Below are positions 10,074-18,481 of a stretch of 64,000 nucleotides of DNA, in pieces. The DNA is from a bacterium (lineage in GTDB: Bacteria > Patescibacteriota > Minisyncoccia > Phycocordibacterales > UBA12088). Within the stretch, counting starts at the first letter, position 1. Each line of letters opens with the position of its first letter. The notes under the pieces were generated by a model. The model searched no databases. It was given only the letters and a program-made list of their open reading frames with translations, and had not been told where the DNA came from. The position numbers and the translations under genes are program-made. Location of the stretch: contig QKEV01000013.1 of NCBI GenBank assembly GCA_003252295.1, forward strand, positions 25,920-89,919, written 5' to 3'.

Positions 10074-10970
10074 ATGGATTACCTACCCTACAACAAACGA
10101 ACACCAGACACACAGTACACTGACCTACTCAGACGAATTCTTACTACAGGACGAGAGGTAAAACCAATCCATGGAGAGAAAGCATACATGGTAGTTGGAC
10201 ACGTAATGCACTTCGACATGAGGAACGGTTTTCCTCTTCTCCCGATACGAGACCTCAGTAAATCATACAAGGGTGCTATCGGTGAGCTAGTCGGCTTCCT
10301 GCACGGAGCACGCACCTTGGAAGACCTTCGATCCTACGGTTGTCCTGATGTTTTCTGGGACAAGTGGGTTACCAAAGAACGTTGTGACATTTTCAACCTT
10401 CCTGAGCATGACTTGGGAGATGGTTCCTATGGTCCAGGCTGGACACATGTTCCCATGCCTGACGGCAACCACTTCAACCAGATAGAGCATGTACTCAAGC
10501 AGATTAAGGAAATGCCCTTCTTGCGCACACACATCGTCTCACCATGGATACCGTTTTACACCCTGCAGCACAGTGAACTCAAACGAAAGGTGGTGGTAGC
10601 ACCATGTCATGGTTGGATACACATTCTCGCCTTCCCCGAAACAAAGGAGCTTACATTGCACCATTTTCAGAGAAGCGGTGATGTGCCTGTCGGTGTAGTG
10701 CTCAACATGGTTGAGTATGCAACACTGGGCATGCTCATTGCTCGGGAAATTGGCTACACGTTTGTTGAGTATGTACACACCATAAGTGATGCACATATGT
10801 ACGAAAGTCAAATACCATTCGTGGAGGAACTTCTCAAACGAGAGCCAAAACCGTTCCCTACCATGACACTTAGTGAAAAGGTGGCAACTGTACTCGACGC
10901 CCGTAGAGAGGACTTTACCATCAGTGATTATGACCCACATCCACACATGGTGATACCAACACCAGTATAG
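10074..10970 (+). CDS. thyA: Thymidylate synthase (ThyA, folate-dependent)
   Basis: 298 aa; catalytic Cys in APCHGW; QRSGD motif; Asn retained in VVLNMVEY; DAHMY; C-terminal EPKPFP...DYDPHP matches ThyA end to end. Confidence 0.88.
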   Translation: MDYLPYNKRTPDTQYTDLLRRILTTGREVKPIHGEKAYMVVGHVMHFDMRNGFPLLPIRDLSKSYKGAIGELVGFLHGARTLEDLRSYGCPDVFWDKWVTKERCDIFNLPEHDLGDGSYGPGWTHVPMPDGNHFNQIEHVLKQIKEMPFLRTHIVSPWIPFYTLQHSELKRKVVVAPCHGWIHILAFPETKELTLHHFQRSGDVPVGVVLNMVEYATLGMLIAREIGYTFVEYVHTISDAHMYESQIPFVEELLKREPKPFPTMTLSEKVATVLDARREDFTISDYDPHPHMVIPTPV

Positions 10971-10974
10971 AGAG

Positions 10975-11451
10975 GTGACTATGTCAGACTCAGATAACAA
11001 GAAACACGTCAACCTTGCTCATGCTCGTGTTGACTATCAGAAAAAGGTGATGAAAAAGATACAAGGGGATGATAAATGTCCTTTCTGCCTTGAACACCTG
11101 ATGCAATACCACACTGAACCCATACTTCTCGAGACAGAATACTGGGTACTCACGAAAAATTTTGCACCTTATAAGGGAACAAAGCACCACTACCTACTCA
11201 TTACCAAAAAACACTGTGTTGGTTTCTGGGAACTTCCAGATGAGGCAAAAATCGACCTGTTCAACATTCTTGATCAAGTACGGCAACAGGATGCAATGAA
11301 AGGAGGTACACTCGTAATGCGCTGGGGGGATACTGAGTACACAGGTGCATCAGTTGTACACTTGCATGCTCAACTTGTAGTAGGGACCTCACGAGAAGAA
11401 GGTACTCAACCAATCCTCACCGCGCTTGGGTACCAGGTAAAGGAAGCCTAA
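10975..11451 (+). CDS. HIT-superfamily protein (GalT-like branch, H-x-H-x-Q)
   Basis: 158 aa; N-terminal CPFC; HLHAQ triad variant near the C-terminus. Confidence 0.6.
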   Translation: MTMSDSDNKKHVNLAHARVDYQKKVMKKIQGDDKCPFCLEHLMQYHTEPILLETEYWVLTKNFAPYKGTKHHYLLITKKHCVGFWELPDEAKIDLFNILDQVRQQDAMKGGTLVMRWGDTEYTGASVVHLHAQLVVGTSREEGTQPILTALGYQVKEA

Positions 11452-12284
11452 CCTTCGTCTTGCACGAGTACCACCTCAACACCTGAGGCTTTGAAAATAT
11501 CTTCTGCGTCAAGCATGGAATACCCATCCTTGTAGTACACCTTTTTGATGCCCGCTTCTGTAAGGAGGCGGGCACAATTTGCACAAGGAAATGTTGTCGC
11601 ATATATTTCAGCACCTTTCAAACTTACCCCCTCCTTTGCTGCCTGCGCAACAATACTCGCCTCACTATGAAGAGAGGTGTATATCTCAGGATGTTCACCT
11701 GCATCAAAGTTATCTCGAGGATTCCCGGCTGCAAAAAGATTGTAATCCGTTGGCATATACTTGATGTGGCCTTTAAGTACAATATTATTGTTCACAAGCA
11801 CAACTGAACCTATTTGCCTCCACCAGTCAGCACTTTTTTGTGCCTCTTCCACAGCACACTGCATACACTTTTTATCAAACTCCTTTTTTGAAATAACTCT
11901 ATCAGGAGACACTTCAAGTTCTCGAAGGGTAATAGGTTTATCCCATCGTAGAAACACGTTTTCATAGGTTACTGTATTCTTTGAGAAGTACTTCTCAGCA
12001 ATACCATGACTTACATCCTCATCAGGCATTACCACCTCACATTCTTTTTCAACTATTTCTTTTACTTGCTCTTCAGTAAGCACCTCTACTGTTTCAAATA
12101 TTTCCAAACCTTGTATAGCATGCACCATTTCCTCAACAGGAAGCTGTCGCAGGTCACGTATTAAACGCGGAAAGTCCTCACTCACAAACTGAGGGCCTAA
12201 AAGGTACAAAGCACCTTTGTGTTTTTCAAATAGTTTGAGATACCCGCTGTGCAAAACTGGCACGTATGCTACGAGACACTTCAT
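11448..12284 (-). CDS. dCMP deaminase-family protein with ~130-aa N-terminal extension
   Basis: C-terminal half carries the HSE...PCANC zinc-binding cytidine/dCMP deaminase motifs; the N-terminal 130 aa have no motif recognisable by eye. Confidence 0.75.
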   Translation of the reverse strand: MKCLVAYVPVLHSGYLKLFEKHKGALYLLGPQFVSEDFPRLIRDLRQLPVEEMVHAIQGLEIFETVEVLTEEQVKEIVEKECEVVMPDEDVSHGIAEKYFSKNTVTYENVFLRWDKPITLRELEVSPDRVISKKEFDKKCMQCAVEEAQKSADWWRQIGSVVLVNNNIVLKGHIKYMPTDYNLFAAGNPRDNFDAGEHPEIYTSLHSEASIVAQAAKEGVSLKGAEIYATTFPCANCARLLTEAGIKKVYYKDGYSMLDAEDIFKASGVEVVLVQDEG

Positions 12285-12892
12285 TACTCTTTCATTTTAT
12301 TAAGTGAGTCCATCACCAGTTTTGGTATTTGATCGGTAATTCTTCGTGCAAGTTGATCCGCACCATCTATGGTCAAGAATCGTATACGCGCAGTAGTGCT
12401 CGTTGTTGCTTGTGGTGGTAAGGTTACAATCTTCCCGCAGTACTTCTCGTACACAGCAACATCTCGCGCTGGAAAATCTTTGGTGCTTTTTGAAGTAACG
12501 AGTACGTCAGGTCTCACGGTACGAATCAGCTCACCTATCTCTACTCCGATATCTCGTTTTGTAAGAATAGAAACATGACGCAGGTGTGCAAGCATATTGA
12601 GACGCTCCTTAAACGGTACCACAGGACGGTTTGGACCCTTGCGTTCTCTTGTGAACTCATCGGTATCTACCCCAACAATGAGCACATCACCGTAGGATAG
12701 AGCATTTTCAAGGTACTTTGCATGCCCCTCATGGAGGAGATCATACACACCCTGCGTGAGCACAACACGTAACCCTTTCTTCTGCAGCAAACTAACGATA
12801 CGCTTCAACTCACCATAATCAGCCACGTATCGATCTTCAACGTTTGAGGCGGTATCAAGTATCCTTTCAATTTGAAACTCACTTCCCTCCAT
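12284..12892 (-). CDS. Cytidylyltransferase-like nucleotidyltransferase (HxGH class, RfaE domain II / TagD-like)
   Basis: 202 aa; GVYDLLHEGHAKYL matches the (T/H)xGH nucleotidyltransferase signature. Confidence 0.55.
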   Translation of the reverse strand: MEGSEFQIERILDTASNVEDRYVADYGELKRIVSLLQKKGLRVVLTQGVYDLLHEGHAKYLENALSYGDVLIVGVDTDEFTRERKGPNRPVVPFKERLNMLAHLRHVSILTKRDIGVEIGELIRTVRPDVLVTSKSTKDFPARDVAVYEKYCGKIVTLPPQATTSTTARIRFLTIDGADQLARRITDQIPKLVMDSLNKMKE

Positions 12893-12944
12893 AGCTTAGT
12901 AAAGTAAAGTATATCGGCAAAAATTACTTTTACCAACAAAGACA

Positions 12945-13472
12945 GTGGCAAATAGTAATGGTATAAATAACCATATGAAAAAACCCTATATAAGTTTTGT
13001 GGTAGCAATGGGACGCCATACGAGGGCTATGGGAAAGGATAACGACCTCCTCTGGAAGATCCCTGAAGATCAAAAATTCTTTAAAGATGTCACCATGGGT
13101 CACCCTATGATTATGGGTCGCAAGACCTTTGACTCCATAGGACGAGTACTCCCTGGACGTACAAACATAGTTATTACGAGAAACAAGAACTGGTCGCACA
13201 AGGGTGTGGTGGTAGTGCCTTCAATAGAAGAGGCATTCCGTATCGGTGAGTCGCTCGACAAGGAAGAGATTACTGTGATTGGTGGAGCACAGATCTTTGA
13301 GCTCTCCCTCCCCTACGTGACACGCCTCTACCTTACCCTCGTAGATGATGATGTTGAGGGTGACACCTACTTCCCACAGATGAGCCTGGAAGATTTTGAA
13401 AAGGTAGACAAAAAAAGCGGTGAGTATGAAGGTCTCACCTACGACATATACACGTTTGATAAGATTTCGTAA
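12945..13472 (+). CDS. folA: Dihydrofolate reductase
   Basis: 175 aa; DHFR motifs (ISFVVAM, GRKTFDSIG, VIGGAQIF). Confidence 0.9.
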   Translation: MANSNGINNHMKKPYISFVVAMGRHTRAMGKDNDLLWKIPEDQKFFKDVTMGHPMIMGRKTFDSIGRVLPGRTNIVITRNKNWSHKGVVVVPSIEEAFRIGESLDKEEITVIGGAQIFELSLPYVTRLYLTLVDDDVEGDTYFPQMSLEDFEKVDKKSGEYEGLTYDIYTFDKIS

Positions 13473-13507
13473 AAATAAACAAAAAAACAGTACAAGGTGC
13501 AGAATGA

Positions 13508-13543
13508 AGGTATGTAATTAATTATATAATTAATTACATACCT
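13508..13543. repeat. AT-rich perfect palindrome (AGGTATGTAATTAATTATA|TAATTAATTACATACCT) between convergent genes; likely bidirectional terminator; member of a repeated palindrome family
   Basis: Read directly; the related element at 26529..26576 shares the AGGTAT...TAATTATATAAT...ATACCT frame. Confidence 0.55.
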
Positions 13544-13550
13544 AAAAACT

Positions 13551-14723
13551 CTATTTCCCTTGCACCGCTTTCACTACTGTCTTTACGAGCTTTGGGTTCG
13601 TGACCTTTGGAATGATACTTTCTACTGTTGGCTTCTTCACGAGTCCCGCTATTGCATACGCGACACGCACCTTCATGGCATCATCTATTTCCGTGATACC
13701 TGCATCGAGCACCCCTTTGAATATCCCCGGAAATGCGAGTGCATTGTTCACCTGGTTTGGAAAATCAGAACGTCCTGTTGCAACAACCTTTGCTCCTGCT
13801 TCTTTTGCTTCACTTGGCATGATTTCCGGTACAGGGTTTGCAAGTGCAAAGACAATAGCATCATCAGCCATACTCTTCACGTGCTCTTTGGTAATGGTAC
13901 CGGGACCTGAAACCCCGATTACCACATCAGCACCTTGTATCACCTCATCAAGACTTCCCTTCTCTCGATTTGGGTTTGTCACTTTTGCTAGTTTTCTCTT
14001 GTACTCCACCACACCCTTTCTACCAACGTATATAGCTCCTGTCCTGTCAGTTACCACAATATTCTTGATACCGGCAACGAGTAAGAGACGAGCTATCGCA
14101 TGGCCCGCAGCCCCAGCTCCCACGATAACCACTTTGAGCTTCTTCATATCTTTCCCTACCACTTGAGCTGCGTTCAGTATTCCTGCAAGCACCACCATAG
14201 CAGTACCGTGCTGATCGTCATGCATGACGGGGATGTCTAATTTTTTCTTGAGCGCTTCCTCTACCTCGAAGCATCGTGGTGCACTGATGTCCTCAAGGTT
14301 TATCGCACCAAGTCCAGGTGAGAGCAGTTCAATGGTCCGCACCAACTCACCTACATCCTGGGTTCCCAAAACGAGCGGTATACCATCCACTCCCGCCATT
14401 TCCTTCAGAATGGCACACTTTCCCTCCATGACCGGCAGCGCTGCAATTGCTCCTATGTTCCCAAGACCGAGGACCGCTGAGCCATCTGAGATGACCGCAA
14501 CCGTATTACTCTTTATTGTGTACTCTCGTGCTTGTTCTGGATGCTTTGCCAGGTGACTTGAGACGGCCCCAACTCCCGGAGTGTACATGGTGCTCCAGTC
14601 CGCTTCGCTCTTCAACTGCTGTTTTGATATCACCTCAAGCTTCCCCTTCATCTTCTTATGGAACGCAAGTGCACATTTTGCGTACTCTTTGTCTTTACAG
14701 ACAACACTTTTTCTAGATGTCAT
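13551..14723 (-). CDS. NAD(P)-dependent malic enzyme (oxaloacetate-decarboxylating malate dehydrogenase, short bacterial form)
   Basis: 390 aa; malic-enzyme N-terminal and NAD-binding domains (VGAGAAGHAIARLL); no PTA domain. Confidence 0.9.
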   Translation of the reverse strand: MTSRKSVVCKDKEYAKCALAFHKKMKGKLEVISKQQLKSEADWSTMYTPGVGAVSSHLAKHPEQAREYTIKSNTVAVISDGSAVLGLGNIGAIAALPVMEGKCAILKEMAGVDGIPLVLGTQDVGELVRTIELLSPGLGAINLEDISAPRCFEVEEALKKKLDIPVMHDDQHGTAMVVLAGILNAAQVVGKDMKKLKVVIVGAGAAGHAIARLLLVAGIKNIVVTDRTGAIYVGRKGVVEYKRKLAKVTNPNREKGSLDEVIQGADVVIGVSGPGTITKEHVKSMADDAIVFALANPVPEIMPSEAKEAGAKVVATGRSDFPNQVNNALAFPGIFKGVLDAGITEIDDAMKVRVAYAIAGLVKKPTVESIIPKVTNPKLVKTVVKAVQGK

Positions 14724-14789
14724 ATGTTTTAATTACAAGCCTACAGTATACCCCACAACGTATACTGTTCCCAGTCCACATTACTGCCG

Positions 14790-14824
14790 GTAAAAACAAA
14801 AGAGGTGATGATCACCTCTTTTGT
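14790..14824 (-). terminator. Rho-independent terminator of the 14842..15891 gene
   Basis: aagaggtga-tga-tcacctctt hairpin followed on the minus strand by TTTTGTTTTT. Confidence 0.6.
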
Positions 14825-14841
14825 ATACCTCTATTAGTTTC

Positions 14842-15891
14842 CTAGTCTTTCTTTTCTGTATCTTTCTCATCCTTGTCATCCTTTTTTTCCTCTTCTTTCT
14901 TCTCAGTAGTAACAACCTTCTCCTTATCAGAAGAAACAGCTTCTTCAGGTTCCTTTACCCGTATCACTGCGTGTCGTACTGCAAGAATAATAACCATCAA
15001 CAGTAGCGGAACAACCGAACAAAACTGATCAAGGAAGAATGAGAAGATGAGTGCTACTCCTATTGTTGTCAAAATAGTAAAACTTGCCTGAGCAATCCGC
15101 TCAGCAGCACCTCGTGTTGCAGGTCGTAGTACATCTCCAATAGCAGCTATGAGGAGTGCAATGGTACCAACACCAACAGGCACTACCCAGAGTGAGGATT
15201 GCTTTGTTACCGCGATAAAGAACACGACAACACCTACACCACTCACTATGTAAAGTCGCTTCATTGAATCATGTGAACCAAGTGCTTCACGTGCTTCCTT
15301 TGAGAAACAGGTTGCACCTATGAGCGCTGCAAGTACCAACGCCCACACTATCCAAATATTATTACAACCATCATCAGTCGCTGATGACTCTTCTGTTGTA
15401 GCTGCAGCAACACTTCCCGCTTCCTCAGCAGCACCTCCTTCTGTACTTTCAATAATAGAAACACTTGGTGTAGCTGCCACATCGGTAAACATAAATGCTA
15501 TTTCAGCTGATGCTACCCATGCACCACTATCGAGTCGGCTCAAAGCCCTACAGTGATGTTCCTCATCTGAAAGTTCAGCAAGTGGCATAGCATGATCTTT
15601 TACTAACCCTTCGAGTACCGGGGTGCTCCATGTGTATCCAAAATTAACCTTACTCTCATCATAGGTAAATGGAGCCTGTGTTGCATTACCACATACCACC
15701 AAACTCTGTGCATACTGATTTGTCTCCCATACGATCGTTGCCGTCTTCTGTACACTGTCCACATCTGTCACATGTGCATTAGAAATACTAAGTGCTGCAC
15801 CTTCATCTTGAGCATGCACCTGACCAAAGAAACCTAGTGCGAACACAAAGAGTAAACCGGTCACTACTATTTTTTTGTAACTACTAAACAT
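14842..15891 (-). CDS. Membrane protein: signal peptide, extracellular Fn3-like domain, 4 TM helices, K/E/D-rich cytoplasmic tail
   Basis: 349 aa; hydrophobicity pattern and low-complexity KEEKKDDKDEKD tail. Confidence 0.5.
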   Translation of the reverse strand: MFSSYKKIVVTGLLFVFALGFFGQVHAQDEGAALSISNAHVTDVDSVQKTATIVWETNQYAQSLVVCGNATQAPFTYDESKVNFGYTWSTPVLEGLVKDHAMPLAELSDEEHHCRALSRLDSGAWVASAEIAFMFTDVAATPSVSIIESTEGGAAEEAGSVAAATTEESSATDDGCNNIWIVWALVLAALIGATCFSKEAREALGSHDSMKRLYIVSGVGVVVFFIAVTKQSSLWVVPVGVGTIALLIAAIGDVLRPATRGAAERIAQASFTILTTIGVALIFSFFLDQFCSVVPLLLMVIILAVRHAVIRVKEPEEAVSSDKEKVVTTEKKEEEKKDDKDEKDTEKKD

Positions 15892-16656
15892 ACTTTAAAC
15901 ATTACTCTACCCCAAAAGCAGCACCTTTCGGCACCACCTACGAGTTAGGACTTATAAAGAGCAGAACACTGACGTATCCAGTGAACGAATACCTATATAG
16001 TAGCATCTCTTTTGGTAAAAAATGACACTAGGACACAGTTTTATTGTTGACGCAATACAATTTGTATATTATTAAAATAGAGACAGTTATCCACTTCCTT
16101 ACAGGTCTCAAGATGGATACGTACTTTGTAAGAAGGGTGTGCGCAACCCGACAGCTTCGCAGAAGCTGGTTTCCCTTTGGGGTACGGCATGCCCTTCTTA
16201 CAAAGCAGGTATCTTTTTACAAAAAAACAAAAGTTATTTAGAAACACCTTATTCACCCTTTTTCCACAAAATAATCACAGGGTTACCAAGTGTTGACATC
16301 TAAACGGCGAGGAGTAGGGTGGAATATACACCAAGGGAAACCAGCGACTTGCGTACTGACGCATGTAATACGTTCACCATGTCGCTACACACTACACAGA
16401 CACATACTCAAGGGGGAACATCTCTAGGGCGAGGTACGTCAACTCACACGGCTAACAGGTCGTGTTTTTTATTTACTCAAAAGCAAAATTACCTACAACG
16501 CACACGAAATTTTTAGGAAACAAAACTTCGTGTGGGCTGTACACACAAATAACGTAGGTTCACGCTGGTCGATACCCGTCTCAAAAGGAGACGGTACATT
16601 ATCAACTTTCTGTCTAACCCTTAATGACAGAACATTACAAAGGTAATGCAAATACC

Positions 16657-17901
16657 ATGAAAACAATAACAAAATCATTCATTGGTAGGACTGCAGTACT
16701 CGCACTGCTCCCTACCCTTGCACTTGGGCTATTCATGGCTCCTGCTATGGCAAGTGCGGATGGTAACCGCGGTGGATCACGTGACGGCATCACAACAGAG
16801 GTTGAGGTGACTAACGTAAATAATGCCGCTGTAGTAAACGCCTTCAGTGTACGAAGTGACACTGGTGGCAATACTGCAAACGGCGGTGATGGAGGTGAAA
16901 GCGGTGATACTGGAGACAGTGGTGATGGTGCAGGTTCTGGAGGAAGCGGAGGTGATGGAGGTGATGGGGGTAACGCCTCAGCTCGTAGCGGTGACCTATC
17001 CTACGCAGACAGTGGTGCAGGTGCACGTGGTGGCACTGGTGGAGATGGTGGCAACACCGGAAACACAGGTGCTAGCGGTGACACAGGAGATGGTGGTGAC
17101 GGTGGAAGGATAACTACCGGCAATGCCATTTCAACACTCACGGTCCAGAACGATGTCAACAGCAACAGAACTACTGTCGAAATTAGCAACGATTGTGATG
17201 AGTGTGCTCCATACAATGAATACTACATGGCAGCAGATGCCTACTATCAGGCAAATCACAGGAGTGCAAGTTCATACGAAGATCTCGGTGGAAGTGGCTC
17301 AGAAGCATACGATGGTCGTGGGGAAACAAGCTCAAGCTCATACGTTGACCGAGGTGAATCTGGAGCATCCTCAGAAAGCGGTTCTATGACCGGTGAGTCC
17401 AGTTGGGTTATGTACTCAAAAGAGTATGTGCCGGTACGTACTGAGGTTGAGGTTGAAAACGTTAACAACGGCTTTGTGCTCAACATGGGATCTGTTGAAT
17501 CTGAAACCGGTGACAATGCCGCTGACGGAGGTGACGGAGGTGAAAGCGGCACCACAGGAGACAGTGGTAGTGGTGCAGGTTCTGGAGGAAGTGGCGGTAT
17601 TGGAGGTGACGGTGGCAATGCACGAGCACTCACCAGCGATGATGATGGTGGTCGTGACCTCTGCTTCGACAGGAGAAGTGGATGTGGTGATGACGATGAT
17701 GGTGACGGTATGGCAATAGCTATTGCTGATGACGGTGGTGCAGGTGCTACCGGAGGTGAAGGTGGCAACACTGGAAACACAGGCGCGAGCGGCGACACTG
17801 GTACTGGTGGTAGCGGCGGCGTAGTGGTAACAGGTATAGCTGACTCACTTGCAGGTGTAGTAAATGTTACTAACCGCAATGTTACCCGTATTGTGCGTTA
17901 G
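16657..17901 (+). CDS. Secreted Gly/Asp/Asn-rich repeat protein (paralog family with 18050..18481 and 18459..21431)
   Basis: Start chosen at MKTITKSF (signal peptide). Two copies of the VTNVNNAxVxN...TGGNTANGGDGGESG(D/T)TGDSG...GG(D/I)GGDGGNA module. Confidence 0.55.
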   Translation: MKTITKSFIGRTAVLALLPTLALGLFMAPAMASADGNRGGSRDGITTEVEVTNVNNAAVVNAFSVRSDTGGNTANGGDGGESGDTGDSGDGAGSGGSGGDGGDGGNASARSGDLSYADSGAGARGGTGGDGGNTGNTGASGDTGDGGDGGRITTGNAISTLTVQNDVNSNRTTVEISNDCDECAPYNEYYMAADAYYQANHRSASSYEDLGGSGSEAYDGRGETSSSSYVDRGESGASSESGSMTGESSWVMYSKEYVPVRTEVEVENVNNGFVLNMGSVESETGDNAADGGDGGESGTTGDSGSGAGSGGSGGIGGDGGNARALTSDDDGGRDLCFDRRSGCGDDDDGDGMAIAIADDGGAGATGGEGGNTGNTGASGDTGTGGSGGVVVTGIADSLAGVVNVTNRNVTRIVR

Positions 17902-18049
17902 TGCCGTACGTGTGCGAAGCACAACATTCGGGTTGCGCGACGGAAGAAGGGGTAGACATAAAAACATGTCTCCCCCCTTCCACTAAGAACTTACAGGGCC
18001 TCAAAACACAGAACTCAAAACCAAGAACCCTTAAGTTCTTACGGAGGGT

Positions 18050-18481
18050 ATGAAGTACATAACTTATAACACCTATATGAGCATGTTTCTCCTCGTGGTA
18101 GTCATACCACAGGCAGCATTTGCGGAAACTGCTATTCATAACAACATTTCTGTTTCAACAAAAACAGGTGGCAACAGCGCACCAAATGGTGGCGAGATAG
18201 TGACCGGTTCACAACGTGCATCTGTACATATTGAAACCCGAGTTAACGATGAAGCGGTAACAGGTATACAAAAAACATCGGACCAAGATACTGTCATTCA
18301 CACGGCAACAGTTATCTCCACTTCCCCAACTGTATCCATTACTACTCAAAAGACACACCAAACCGCAGTTCTACCGCTTGAGTACGAGGTATCAAAAAAA
18401 GACACACACTTAATCCTTATCTCTCACCTCATTACTAGTTATTCAAAAACAATGGCTTATGTACTATCACATCACATGTAG
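18050..18481 (+). CDS. Small secreted protein carrying one copy of the N/T/G-rich module
   Basis: 143 aa; signal peptide; NNISVSTKTGGNSAPNGGEIVTGSQRASVHIETRVN resembles the repeat unit of its neighbours. Confidence 0.4.
   Translation: MKYITYNTYMSMFLLVVVIPQAAFAETAIHNNISVSTKTGGNSAPNGGEIVTGSQRASVHIETRVNDEAVTGIQKTSDQDTVIHTATVISTSPTVSITTQKTHQTAVLPLEYEVSKKDTHLILISHLITSYSKTMAYVLSHHM

Noticed and set aside
10074-10970. ThyA homolog as a dUMP/dCMP hydroxymethylase for DNA hypermodification
   Set aside because: Its C-terminus aligns end to end with canonical ThyA. It keeps QRSGD, the Asn of the uracil-recognition position (hydroxymethylases for dCMP carry Asp), and DAHMY. It sits with folA. Ordinary thymidylate synthase is the parsimonious call.
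15892-16656. RNase P RNA, tmRNA, SRP RNA or 6S RNA in the large intergenic region
   Set aside because: I could not find the universally conserved P4 (AGGAAAGUCCGGGCUCC-type), tmRNA terminal (GGGG...UCCACCA with T-arm) or SRP domain IV signatures by eye. It is left as an unassigned structured region.
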